A stretch of 32,000 nucleotides of DNA from Candidatus Lokiarchaeum ossiferum (GTDB taxonomy: Archaea > Asgardarchaeota > Lokiarchaeia > Sigyniarchaeales > Promethearchaeaceae): NCBI GenBank assembly GCA_025839675.1, contig CP104013.1, positions 3,810,001 through 3,842,000 of the forward strand, given 5' to 3'. A program made the translations under genes and the position numbers. Below are positions 15,914 to 25,862 of this stretch, piece after piece. Below the pieces are notes generated by a model. The model was not told the DNA's origin and did no database searches. It saw nothing but the letters and a program-made list of their open reading frames with translations. Position 1 is the stretch's first letter, and the number at the start of each line of letters is the position of its first letter.

Positions 15914-17426
15914 CAGCAATTATCAAGAATGTTGCTAAATAACTCGGTAGACCAACGCTTTTATTTGATACTGTCACCATGACATTGTCTGTCGCAATAT
16001 TCCCTGAGGTATCATTCACCCGTAATTCATATATATATTCTCCTACAGTAAGATTCTCCAAGATGAACGAAATTTCTCCTTCAGTCCAACTACTTTCAAA
16101 TATAACAATTCCGTCTTTCAAAATCTGATAGGAATCGGGGAGATAATCTGTTACGTTCCATAAAAGTTCAAATTCTACAGTTTTTTCCGAAACAATGGTA
16201 TCGTTTGGTCCTGATATGACAGGTGCAGTAGTATCAACGATTGTGACAGTTATGCTTTCGGAAACAAATTGTCCCATAGCATTATACACGGTTAAGCTTA
16301 ATACATAAATGCCCGGAAGATAGTCTTGCATATCAAAGGTTATATTTTCCATGTTTATCCATGATGAATTCATAATTAGTGAGCCATTACACTCTAAAAT
16401 GTAGTTTGTGGGGTCAGCGTCTTCCGCCCACCAAGCAATATTGGTGGGCGTGACCCCATACTCCATGTCCATATCTGATGGGCTTGTAAGATGTGGAATT
16501 GATATCTCAATCATATTTGTGTCTGTTAATTCAACCATCAGTTCATTTGTTGTAGAATTAGTCATAGTAAGTAGAACTCCTGTCTCTTTATGATAATAAA
16601 AACATATTCCATACCATTCACCTACCCATGCATTTAAAGTCATTTCGTTATAATTGAACTTCGTGTCATTAGTTATTTCGAGTGACGATAAAAAAAAAGG
16701 AAATTCACTCCCAATTGACACATTCAGTCCTATTTGCCAATAAAAAATCCCAAACATATCCGTAATTGGGTTCTCACTCAAAAAACTTCCATATTTTCTA
16801 GTGTAAGTATTTAAAATGGGTGTCGACGCAGTTCCATTTTCAATTATTTCCAATCTCACGTTGAAATCATCAATCTCACTTTGGTAAGTAATATCTAGTT
16901 GTATGGGTGCTTCTTCAGTGAATAATTCCGAATAATGATAGGACATGAAATCTCCTATGTTATACTTTAATACTGGTTCCGAAACAACCTCAATCCATTC
17001 AGTATTTGTATTATCTTCCCAATTTTCATCTTCTCCACTTGTAGATGAAACAAATGCCGTGATATTATAAATTCCAGGTGCAGTAAAATTAAAATATCCA
17101 AGGGTTACAGTAGGTATTCCAATCTCCACCGAATGGCTACCTTCCAAGATTTTTGAATTATTTACCCAAATGGAATATTCAGCTGTATCTGTAATGTTTC
17201 CTTTATTTTCGATCTGAAAATTATATGAAGAATTAACGTTAAGGTATGCAATATTAGAAACACCAAGACTGATACATAAATCATGAAAATCTTCTGCAGA
17301 AGATGGCCATGTTAAATTTGACATCACTTCATTTGTTGAGAAGTTACTGGGTGAAAAATTCGGAATTATTCCCAATAAGAGCCCAAGAATTATTACATTT
17401 ATGACTTTTATAAAACGATTTCGCAT
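15864..17426 (-). CDS. Cell-surface glycoprotein with an N-terminal signal/TM segment, tandem Ig-like modules and a C-terminal TM anchor with basic tail
   Basis: N-terminal IKVINVIILGLLLGIIP. I counted 20 N-x-S/T sequons by eye. Two ~95-aa modules share the pattern P.D...E.......W...D..P..Y.I...G.....W........L..G.Y.....V.D..GN. The C-terminus is YLATFLIIAEIIATVGVLIKKNKKI. Confidence 0.8.
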   Translation of the reverse strand: MRNRFIKVINVIILGLLLGIIPNFSPSNFSTNEVMSNLTWPSSAEDFHDLCISLGVSNIAYLNVNSSYNFQIENKGNITDTAEYSIWVNNSKILEGSHSVEIGIPTVTLGYFNFTAPGIYNITAFVSSTSGEDENWEDNTNTEWIEVVSEPVLKYNIGDFMSYHYSELFTEEAPIQLDITYQSEIDDFNVRLEIIENGTASTPILNTYTRKYGSFLSENPITDMFGIFYWQIGLNVSIGSEFPFFLSSLEITNDTKFNYNEMTLNAWVGEWYGICFYYHKETGVLLTMTNSTTNELMVELTDTNMIEISIPHLTSPSDMDMEYGVTPTNIAWWAEDADPTNYILECNGSLIMNSSWINMENITFDMQDYLPGIYVLSLTVYNAMGQFVSESITVTIVDTTAPVISGPNDTIVSEKTVEFELLWNVTDYLPDSYQILKDGIVIFESSWTEGEISFILENLTVGEYIYELRVNDTSGNIATDNVMVTVSNKSVGLPSYLATFLIIAEIIATVGVLIKKNKKI

Positions 17427-17740
17427 AATTAAAATTCTTGAAAAATCTATATAAATTGATCGTCCGATAATTGGAAAAACCCAAGAGAATTGACTTTTTA
17501 TAAAAAAGTTTTTAGAGTCGAGTACATTTTTTATCTTGGACTGATATTAATGGTAAAATCTTGTTGTTGTTGAGTTTCACTTCTTTTATCTAAACCCTCC
17601 ATTTTTCAAATCCACATTTACAACACATTATTCGATATTTCTTGATATTTGTTTGAAGTGGTCTCAAGGAGGATGAATTAGACAATACAAAACCCTTTTT
17701 TGAAATCACGAATGAACAAATTAAATAAGAATGTGAAGAC

Positions 17741-19129
17741 ATGGAAATACAACTATTCAATACAATGGGACGCCAAAAAGAAATTTTTCGCCCCATTCAT
17801 GAAGATCACGTAGGAATGTATGCATGTGGACCTACAGTGTATGATTATCAACATATAGGAAATATGAGAACTTATATCTTTGAAGATATTCTCCGACGAA
17901 TTCTGGAATATAATGGATATTCCGTCAAACATGTTATGAATGTAACCGATGTTGGGCATCTTACATCCGATGCGGATGTCGGAGAAGATAAATTGATGAA
18001 GAAAATTCGCGAATCTGGTCTTTCTCCTTCTGTTGAAACGATGATGAAGCTTGCTCAGAAATATGAAGATCGTTTTTTTGAAGATTGTGCGAAATTGAAC
18101 ATTCTCAAACCTACCATCGTCTGTAAAGCTTCAGAACATGTTCCCGAGATGATCCAGTTCATAAAACGCATCGAATCTAACGAGTATACCTATCCTACTT
18201 CAGTTGGTCTCATTTTCAATTCCCGAAAATATACCCATTATTCTGCTTTGGCTAAACTGAATCTTGACAAACAAAAAGCTGGTGCCAGAGTAAAAGTTGA
18301 TCCCGAGCGAAGAAATCCTTCGGATTTTGCTCTTTGGGTGTCAAACCAACCTTCTCACTTGATGCAATGGGAATCTCCGTGGGGACGTGGTTTTCCAGGA
18401 TGGCATATTGAATGTTCCGCTATGTCGATTAAATATCTCGGTGATCATTTCGATATTCACGCTGGGGGGATTGATCATATTCCGGTTCACCATACAAATG
18501 AAGTTGCTCAGTCAGAAAGTGCAACGGGGAAAAAATGGGTAAATTATTGGCTTCATGGGGAATTTCTGGTGTTAGACAAAGAAAAGATGAGTAAATCTGC
18601 TGGTGGTTTTATCACTTTAGAAAATGTGGTAAAACAGAAGATCCACCCACTTGCCTATCGGTATATGTGTTTAACGGCTCATTACCGATCGACATTGTCT
18701 TTTTCATGGGACAATCTCAAAATGGCCCAAAAGGCTTATAATTCCTTGAAAAACCGGATTGAACTAGCTAAACATGAAGAAGGGTCTGCCAATCCTACTC
18801 TAAAAGAAGAAATTGCGACAGAATTCCTAAATCATATTAACAATGATATGAATCTTCCCCAAGCTTTAGGTGTGGTGTGGACAATGTTGAAATCAGATTT
18901 AAGCGGTGTAGAAAAAATTTCACTGGTATCAAAATTCGATGGTGTGCTTGGGTTAAACCTAATTGAAGAAAACACTATTTCGATAGAAGCAGAGCAATTG
19001 ATTAAAGACCGCGAAAATGCTCGAAAAAATAAAGATTGGGAAAGATCTGATTTCATTCGTGATCAATTACTCAAACTTGGGATAGTGATTGAAGATACTC
19101 CAAATGGGACTCGTTGGAAAACGAAATAA
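17741..19129 (+). CDS. cysS: Cysteine--tRNA ligase
   Basis: Class I aaRS motifs HIGN (YQHIGNMRTY) and KMSKS (EKMSKSAGG). Also the CysRS-typical GFPGWHIECSAM zinc/cysteine-binding segment. Confidence 0.95.
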   Translation: MEIQLFNTMGRQKEIFRPIHEDHVGMYACGPTVYDYQHIGNMRTYIFEDILRRILEYNGYSVKHVMNVTDVGHLTSDADVGEDKLMKKIRESGLSPSVETMMKLAQKYEDRFFEDCAKLNILKPTIVCKASEHVPEMIQFIKRIESNEYTYPTSVGLIFNSRKYTHYSALAKLNLDKQKAGARVKVDPERRNPSDFALWVSNQPSHLMQWESPWGRGFPGWHIECSAMSIKYLGDHFDIHAGGIDHIPVHHTNEVAQSESATGKKWVNYWLHGEFLVLDKEKMSKSAGGFITLENVVKQKIHPLAYRYMCLTAHYRSTLSFSWDNLKMAQKAYNSLKNRIELAKHEEGSANPTLKEEIATEFLNHINNDMNLPQALGVVWTMLKSDLSGVEKISLVSKFDGVLGLNLIEENTISIEAEQLIKDRENARKNKDWERSDFIRDQLLKLGIVIEDTPNGTRWKTK

Positions 19130-19468
19130 TATTTTTCTTTATTTTTTCTTCTTTTTTTGATTTTATTGTATAATGCACATGGATATATTCCCAAAATGTT
19201 TTTACAAGGTTATGGAAATAACAAAAAAACCCGTGTTTATGATGTAATCAAAGACTATGGGGATATTGCAGGAGTAATGAAAATTTTTGGGGTTAAATCT
19301 GTAGATCTTCTCTATTCGCAAGATAATCACTCGATTTATCGATGTTGAAAAGGCTACCAAAGTGCATAAGAAACCTTTAGATCGGTTTTTAGCCAATTTA
19401 AAAGAAACAATAAAACTACAAGAAAATCCTCTAACCGCCGAATCATAATATTATAAAAAAGGACACTT

Positions 19469-20326
19469 TTAGGAGAGTTTCTCAAGAAGTAGAAATCTTA
19501 TTCCTTCCATTTTTCGATCTTGAAGGATGGAGATATTCAATTTTTCAATTCGTTTCAATAACCCGGAAAAATCCATTCCAATTGTGAGATGATTAGGGAT
19601 TAATTCTTGCACGAAAGTTTGAAAGAAGAAATTAGGATACAATTCCATTTCTACGATAGCCATTTTTCCACCCTTCTTCAGTGAACGAATACCTTCAGTG
19701 AGAATCCAATCACTTCCGATCTCATGAAACGAAAATAAGGCTACGACATAATCCACGGTTTCGGAAGGAAGGGATATGGATTCATGATCAACGGTTAGAA
19801 TTTGAACATTTTGTTCAATGTGTAGATAATCGATTCGATCTCGGATGATTTGGGCATGTTCGTTATCACTTGCTTTCAAGAAATAATGCCCGGTAATCCC
19901 AGTTTTCAGGGAAAAATCTTGAATAACACTATCAAATATTTCTGTGGATAAATCCAAAACATTCATTCCTGCCTCTATTTCAATCCCCTTGCAAAGAGGT
20001 TCAATTAGTACTGCCATTTGATCAAAGATCATCCGATAGAAGACATTGAGAAAATCATAAATGTAATGTTTAACAAGGTCTTTACCTGCTTCAGTTGTAG
20101 TATAATATCGTTTAGTTGAATTGTTTTCCGTGACATTTCTCACTTTTAAGGCACCCGCTTCTGATAATTTTTTTAAAGCGGGATAAATTTGAGATGACTT
20201 CATATTATTTCCTTCAACGTTCAAATGTCTGAGTATTTCTAATCCATATCGCTCGGTATTCCATACAAGTGCGAGTATGGACATCTGTAACCATCCTAAT
20301 CTGTGGGCATTATAGTGTATATTCAT
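19469..20326 (-). CDS. PadR-family winged-helix regulator fused to a class I methyltransferase-like domain with a degenerate SAM-binding motif
   Basis: The PadR signature is YGLEILRHL...SQIYPALKKLSEAGALK...KRYYTTTEAGKDL. The C-terminal half is colinear with Methyltransf_11/25-type domains (VLDL...VDYVVALFSFHEI...LKKGGKMAIVE). The GxGxG glycine loop is replaced by LSTEIF. Confidence 0.7.
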   Translation of the reverse strand: MNIHYNAHRLGWLQMSILALVWNTERYGLEILRHLNVEGNNMKSSQIYPALKKLSEAGALKVRNVTENNSTKRYYTTTEAGKDLVKHYIYDFLNVFYRMIFDQMAVLIEPLCKGIEIEAGMNVLDLSTEIFDSVIQDFSLKTGITGHYFLKASDNEHAQIIRDRIDYLHIEQNVQILTVDHESISLPSETVDYVVALFSFHEIGSDWILTEGIRSLKKGGKMAIVEMELYPNFFFQTFVQELIPNHLTIGMDFSGLLKRIEKLNISILQDRKMEGIRFLLLEKLS

Positions 20327-20429
20327 ATTATATCACAACATTATAGATAATTGCTTTAAATTGAGAAAGTGATTAAATAATCTTAATACTCTCATATTAG
20401 TTGACTATATAATAATATATTATATAAGA

Positions 20430-20457
20430 TTCAAATCTTAAAGATTTATGATTTGAA
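20430..20457. promoter_or_regulatory. Nested inverted repeats (TTCAAATC..GATTTGAA enclosing AAATCTT-A-AAGATTT), candidate PadR operator
   Basis: Read directly. Located in the divergent intergenic region between the PadR-like gene and the ABC operon. Confidence 0.35.
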
Positions 20458-20555
20458 CGAATGTGTTTAACTTTTAGCTAATTAGAGATATTTAGGTTGA
20501 ATAATCTGTTCCTAATCTCAAGAAACAGATATTTACATATTAGGGTGGTAAAACT

Positions 20556-21341
20556 ATGAGTTCGAATTTAAAATCAGTTCAAAAACCGGATATAAATAAA
20601 AAAAGATCAAATGTGTTAAAAGAAAAATCTCAAGATCAGGGTATCAATTTAAATGAGGTTAGCAAGACCTATTATCTTGGATCAATCGTTGTAAAAGCCT
20701 TAGAATCGGTTTCTGTAACCATTCCTAAGAACAAGTTTGTGATAATACTCGGTCCGAGTGGGAGTGGAAAAACTACACTACTCAATGTCATAGGTGCATT
20801 GGATGTAGCATCCGACGGAAATGTAAACGTTCTCAATAAGGAAATAACAAATTTCTCTCGAAAACAATTATCTAAATTTCGACGGCAACATCTGGGATTC
20901 ATTTTTCAATTCTTCAATCTTATCCCTTCCCTAACGGCACTGGAAAATGTCGAATTTGCTTTGCAAATTCAAGGAAAAAAGAAAACAGAGCTTATTGCTC
21001 AAAATGCATTAAAATCAGTGGGATTAAAGGAACGGATGGGACACTTTCCTAGCGAAATGTCTGGGGGGGAACAACAACGAGTTGCAATTGCCCGTGCTTT
21101 AGCCAAATCTCCCGAAATTTTACTCGCTGATGAACCTACCGGAGAACTTGACTATGAAACAGGTATCAAAATTCTTGAACTATTGCGAAATGTTGTTACT
21201 AATGGAAAAACTGTACTAATGGTGACACACAATGCGGAAATCGCCAAAATTGCGGACGTAATTATTCGGCTTCGAAGTGGAAAAATAATAGAGACGCAGA
21301 TTAACGAAAATCCAATTAATCCAATGGATTTGAAATGGTAA
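20556..21341 (+). CDS. ABC transporter ATP-binding protein (MacB/LolD-type)
   Basis: Walker [11 protein letters not shown]-loop, ABC signature [15 protein letters not shown], Walker [14 protein letters not shown]-loop VTHN. Confidence 0.95.
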   Translation: MSSNLKSVQKPDINKKRSNVLKEKSQDQGINLNEVSKTYYLGSIVVKALESVSVTIPKNKFVIILGPSGSGKTTLLNVIGALDVASDGNVNVLNKEITNFSRKQLSKFRRQHLGFIFQFFNLIPSLTALENVEFALQIQGKKKTELIAQNALKSVGLKERMGHFPSEMSGGEQQRVAIARALAKSPEILLADEPTGELDYETGIKILELLRNVVTNGKTVLMVTHNAEIAKIADVIIRLRSGKIIETQINENPINPMDLKW

Positions 21342-21363
21342 AAAGCAAAGGAGATGCAAAAAA

Positions 21364-23853
21364 ATGACAACAAATATATTACTAAAACGGTTAGGGAGAG
21401 ATCTGAAACGTCATAAAGGTCAAGTAATAATTTTAACTTTAATTCTCTCTTTTGGGGGGACGGCTTGGATTGGAATGGGTTTAATGTTAGGATGGAGGGA
21501 AGACAATATTAATCACTTCTACCAAACAACGAATTTAGATGATGGGTTAATTGATCTTTCAGAAACAGGGGGAGTTGATGCTTCCTTACTCCTCTCAACT
21601 CTTGAAAACTTTTCAAAATATGATCAAATGCAAACTTTCTCGATTCGTCTACGAATCTCTTTAACTTATGAGATGGTGGATTCTAGTAGTGACACCAAGA
21701 ATTACTATCGCGGATATTTGTACGGTCTTCAAGATTCTCTCATTTTAGATGGGGATATTGATACCCTATTGTCCAATCAAGGGGATTTTTTAAAGATCCC
21801 TACCAACAGCTCAGAGATCACAAACAAAATCGTTCTCAATCAAATGTTTATGGATGAAATTGATCTCCAATTTCCCCAAGAAGTACTCGCCCACTTAGGG
21901 GCGCAGAACAAGTATGTCAATGTCGTTGGATCTGTCAATTCTCCTGAATGGGTGACCACCATGGATCCTGAAAGTACATCTTTGGGATTAAGCCGAAATT
22001 TCGCAATAGGATATTGTCGTCTTTCAGAGCTGCAAACTTGGATTGGCCGCCCTACTTTAGTCAACGAAGTAGTTATCATCTGGAAAGAAGGTTTTAATAC
22101 AGATGAGATGGGAAATGAATTAGAATCGTATTTGAAATCTCAATCTATTGATGGCACATATGAATCACGAATGGAACATCCCGTTTACATAATGATTGAA
22201 GAAGATATTGAAACTGATCGACAACTGTTTACATTCTTAGCTGCATTTGTCTTCCTTGTTGCCATTTTTGCCATACAGATCTCGCTAAATCGAATTATCA
22301 CCCAACAACGTCGTGAAATTGGGATTTCTTTATCCTTGGGAGATACGAAGGGGAAAATTTTGCTCCAATTTCTATCCTATAGTGGTTTAATCAGTATCTT
22401 TTCAATTGTGTTCAGTTTAGTGGGAGGATGGTTCTTTGGCCAATCTATGGATGTCATCAATCAGCAATTTTATCCCCTTCCCAACTGGGAAAACATGATC
22501 ATTACACAACCATTCTATGAAGCCTGGCTTCTTTGCTTAGGTGCTGCCTTTATATCATCCATCATTCCAGCCGTTCGCGCTTCCAACTTGCTTCCGATCC
22601 AAGCTATGCGAAGTGATCCTTCAGTTGATGCAAAGGGGGGATCAGAACGGAAAATTTTCTCTCGGGTGATCATTGCGATATTTGGCTTTACCATGACGAT
22701 TAAAATGGGCCTTCGAAACATCCTCCGTTCCCGTAAACGATCTTTAGGTGCTATCATTGGGTTTGGCTTAAGCATAGGGTTAGTTTTGGGCACAATTGGG
22801 GTATTTTCTTGTTTGGATAATGCTGTGGAAATCCAGAAGAATGAAATGGGTCAGTGGGATGCTAAAGTAGAATTTGCTTTTCCAATCCCGCTAGCGATGA
22901 TTGATCATGAACTGGAAGAAATCAAAGAAAATTTCACTATTACTTCCAATTTCACCAGTCTAAGTTACTTCTCATCATTACAAGAAGGTGGGGATATTAC
23001 CCCTGAAGAAGATCAGTTGATTCAAGTGACATCCTATTCGACATTTCAGCAAATCCCAATTACAGTCACTGAAGGCCATTTTCCTTCTGCAGCGGATGAA
23101 CTATTAATTTCTGCGCGATTTGCGGAAGAGCAAGGTATTTCTTTAGGCGAAGAAATAACCATTGAGCATATTCAATTTAATGGCACCGAAATTAATATCA
23201 AAAACACATCTCTCACAGTCGCAGGATTTCATTCTATGGGGATTAAAATAATCACATATTTTGAATGGGAAACAATGCAAGATCTATTTAATCTTAAAGA
23301 TTCCGCAAATGTCTTATATCTTTCGTTGGATAGTTACAATCGAACAGAATTATTGGATGAACTTTATGCTAATCCCTATATGAAATCTGTGAATTTTCAA
23401 GAACAGCTTGGAGATGAGTTTCGAGCGGTTTTTAACGATTTCACAGGCCTCATGGATATGATCCGGTATCTCTGTTATGCTGTAGGATTGGGAGTTATTA
23501 CTTTGACTTCCATGATCTCTCGGTATGAACGCGAGCGTGAAATTGGAACCATGGTTACTTTAGGGTGTCCAAACTACAAAATTTTCAATCAAATGTTATT
23601 TGAAGGAGTAATTTTGTCGCTGTTAGGAATTGTATTTGGGTGTGGGTTGGCTTGGGTGATTCTGGATGGGATTCTTGTACCCCTGATGGCAAATATGTTT
23701 GATGTGATTGTGATAAACGCGTTTATACCAGTAAATTTATGGATAAACACCATAATCACGGCCCTTGGGTTAAGTGTGGCATCACAATTCCCTTTGATTT
23801 GGCAATTGAAAAAAATTAATTTGGTTAAAGCCACCAAAATTCGTGATTTTTAG
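21364..23853 (+). CDS. ABC transporter permease, FtsX/MacB-type with two 4-TM FtsX modules and two large extracytoplasmic domains
   Basis: 829 aa. The N-terminal TM is followed by a ~250-aa soluble domain and then TM bundles; the same pattern is repeated (RNILRSRKRSLGAIIGFGLSIGLV...). The C-terminal FtsX-like segment is REIGTMVTLGCP. It follows the ATPase gene after 22 nt with a GGAG SD. TAG stop. Confidence 0.9.
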   Translation: MTTNILLKRLGRDLKRHKGQVIILTLILSFGGTAWIGMGLMLGWREDNINHFYQTTNLDDGLIDLSETGGVDASLLLSTLENFSKYDQMQTFSIRLRISLTYEMVDSSSDTKNYYRGYLYGLQDSLILDGDIDTLLSNQGDFLKIPTNSSEITNKIVLNQMFMDEIDLQFPQEVLAHLGAQNKYVNVVGSVNSPEWVTTMDPESTSLGLSRNFAIGYCRLSELQTWIGRPTLVNEVVIIWKEGFNTDEMGNELESYLKSQSIDGTYESRMEHPVYIMIEEDIETDRQLFTFLAAFVFLVAIFAIQISLNRIITQQRREIGISLSLGDTKGKILLQFLSYSGLISIFSIVFSLVGGWFFGQSMDVINQQFYPLPNWENMIITQPFYEAWLLCLGAAFISSIIPAVRASNLLPIQAMRSDPSVDAKGGSERKIFSRVIIAIFGFTMTIKMGLRNILRSRKRSLGAIIGFGLSIGLVLGTIGVFSCLDNAVEIQKNEMGQWDAKVEFAFPIPLAMIDHELEEIKENFTITSNFTSLSYFSSLQEGGDITPEEDQLIQVTSYSTFQQIPITVTEGHFPSAADELLISARFAEEQGISLGEEITIEHIQFNGTEINIKNTSLTVAGFHSMGIKIITYFEWETMQDLFNLKDSANVLYLSLDSYNRTELLDELYANPYMKSVNFQEQLGDEFRAVFNDFTGLMDMIRYLCYAVGLGVITLTSMISRYEREREIGTMVTLGCPNYKIFNQMLFEGVILSLLGIVFGCGLAWVILDGILVPLMANMFDVIVINAFIPVNLWINTIITALGLSVASQFPLIWQLKKINLVKATKIRDF

Positions 23854-25862
23854 TAAATCTTTTTTTCATTAAATTTTTTCCAGACGGTTTCAAACCAACC
23901 CTGAGGGAATATTAAGGGCCTTCTTTCCACCCAATCTATTTGGAAGCCCCAGTTTTTTGCGTCTTCTTGGATCATTGATATCTCTTGGATTTTGTTTGTA
24001 AGCTCTTGATTCGCTTTCTTGATGTGATACTGATCTAATTTTGGATGGGGAATAAAGGTGTCCTCGCTGTTTTTGTCTCCAATAATGACGAATGATCCGC
24101 GACTTCCTCCACCTTGGGTTAAATAGTCTTGATAGGCGGTGAGAAAAGCAAATTGGGTGACTAAAGCATCATACAATTTCCAAGAGGATATTAGTTGTTC
24201 TCCAGAAAGGATTGAAATATGGGAAAAGAAATTGGTCAATTCTTTTTTCACATGAATTAATATTGAATCAATTTCTTTATTGTTACGAATATATGCTCCA
24301 GCTTGCATCATGCGGGACTGAATTTCCTGTAATTGTTGAGAAATTTGGGAATTCTGAGGAGAATCAGTTTTTATTGAGTGGGAAAGAGTCTCGATTAAAC
24401 TCTTTTTACTTGATTCCAAGGTGAACAACCTTTCGTTTCTCTCTGGAAGTTGGTTCCAGAGTCCAAAAACAATTTTTTCTGCTGCTCGAAGGGCTCCAAC
24501 CTGTCCTGCATTGAGTGCTGAGCCTCCAGGGCGATGAACTCCATGGGTTCCATTGACTTCACCAATTGCAAATAAGTGGGGGATTGAGGTTTGCCACCAA
24601 ATATCTCCAGTGATGCCTCCATTGCAATGTTGCGCACATACTCCAATCTCAAGGGGTTCCTTCCATAAGTCAATTCCATGCCTCTGATATAAATCAATGG
24701 CTTTAGGATTCATATGATGTAATCGTTCAATTGGTCTGGCTTGTATTCCTCCAGAATTATCCAAATATTTTTTTGCTTCTCCTTCCAGTTGCTCCCAAGT
24801 AAATGTTGCGGGATTTTGGCGAAAATCCATATAAACTCGACGTTTCCGGATAACAGTTTCAATATGAACTGCCATGTCAATGAGTGAAGATCCATAATTT
24901 TCGATACGTTCGGCATTAAAGGGCCATTGATACCCCTTAAGAAAGGTTGCAGTCAAGAGTTTGGTGTTGGACGGGAAATAATCACGCAAAAATTCCACGC
25001 ATTCCGTTTTGGTATCCAACGGATCTTGTTCTGGATCGACTGAAATATAACGGGGGAGTACTTGTTGGTAAGTTCCACTCACATTCCAACGGAATTTGAG
25101 AGATGCCATCCCGTACTGGGACTCAGTTAGATTTTGCAATTTGGCTCCTGCCAAAATTGCTAAGCTAGTGGCACCCCATTGAGAAAGTGGGTATACTGAT
25201 TTTCCATACATTCCGGATGGTCCTCCAGTTGCTAATACAATGAACTCCGCTTGAAACGTTTGAATGTGGGATTCTAAATCTTCTTGGGTTAAAGCGGAAA
25301 TTGTGTTCATTTCTTCTTTATCAACTGCAATTATGCCTTGGGCCCGTCCTTGTGAATCCTTGACGATTTGTATGACATAGTGGTGATTTAATATTTGTAT
25401 TCCTCGAGCTTGAACCTCCCGAAGTAGATGGGTTCCCATTAAGTGAGAAGTCAAGGGACCTGCCGATGTTCCTCGCTGTAGGGGATCATTATCGGTTTTA
25501 TACCCTACAAAGGTTCCAAATTCATCATGGGGAAAAGGCACTCCGAGACTTACCAAGTTCATGAACGCTTGGGTGGAACACGTGGCTTCAATTAATGCTA
25601 TATCCCCATGCATCGCCCCTCCATCAAAGAGGGTATGCGCCATGGCTATCGGTGAATCAGAAGAATTTCCCGCAATGGATAATTTATAATAGGTTTGCTT
25701 ATCGGATCCGGCATCAAAACTAGTTCCTCCCCCCAAGTTTTCAGTAATGATCAAGATGGATTCAGGAGGGATATTTTTTTTTACTAATTCGAGGGCGCAG
25801 CTTAATCCTGCCGCTCCACTTCCAATAATTATTGTATGGTATTGTGATGCCATGTTTAACAC
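23850..25862 (-). CDS. FAD-dependent oxidoreductase of the fumarate reductase / succinate dehydrogenase / L-aspartate oxidase flavoprotein superfamily, with an extra C-terminal domain
   Basis: N-terminal dinucleotide fold IIIGSGAAGLSCA. The FAD-closing motif is FAIGEVNGTHGVHRPGGSALNAGQV. About 200 additional C-terminal residues are of unknown type. The track start is GTG at 25862; the ATG at 25853 (MASQYH...) is likely. Confidence 0.8.
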   Translation of the reverse strand: MLNMASQYHTIIIGSGAAGLSCALELVKKNIPPESILIITENLGGGTSFDAGSDKQTYYKLSIAGNSSDSPIAMAHTLFDGGAMHGDIALIEATCSTQAFMNLVSLGVPFPHDEFGTFVGYKTDNDPLQRGTSAGPLTSHLMGTHLLREVQARGIQILNHHYVIQIVKDSQGRAQGIIAVDKEEMNTISALTQEDLESHIQTFQAEFIVLATGGPSGMYGKSVYPLSQWGATSLAILAGAKLQNLTESQYGMASLKFRWNVSGTYQQVLPRYISVDPEQDPLDTKTECVEFLRDYFPSNTKLLTATFLKGYQWPFNAERIENYGSSLIDMAVHIETVIRKRRVYMDFRQNPATFTWEQLEGEAKKYLDNSGGIQARPIERLHHMNPKAIDLYQRHGIDLWKEPLEIGVCAQHCNGGITGDIWWQTSIPHLFAIGEVNGTHGVHRPGGSALNAGQVGALRAAEKIVFGLWNQLPERNERLFTLESSKKSLIETLSHSIKTDSPQNSQISQQLQEIQSRMMQAGAYIRNNKEIDSILIHVKKELTNFFSHISILSGEQLISSWKLYDALVTQFAFLTAYQDYLTQGGGSRGSFVIIGDKNSEDTFIPHPKLDQYHIKKANQELTNKIQEISMIQEDAKNWGFQIDWVERRPLIFPQGWFETVWKKFNEKKIY

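Noticed and set aside
17590-17796. 68-aa minus-strand ORF in the surface-protein/cysS divergent region, overlapping the cysS start.
   Set aside because: It overlaps the cysS 5' end, has a Cys/Ser-rich low-complexity translation and shows no promoter logic. It is likely spurious.
19202-19396. 64-aa minus-strand ORF (MAKNRSKGFLCTLVAF...) downstream of cysS.
   Set aside because: It is antisense to the more protein-like plus-strand reading frames in the same region, and it has no motif and no plausible promoter.
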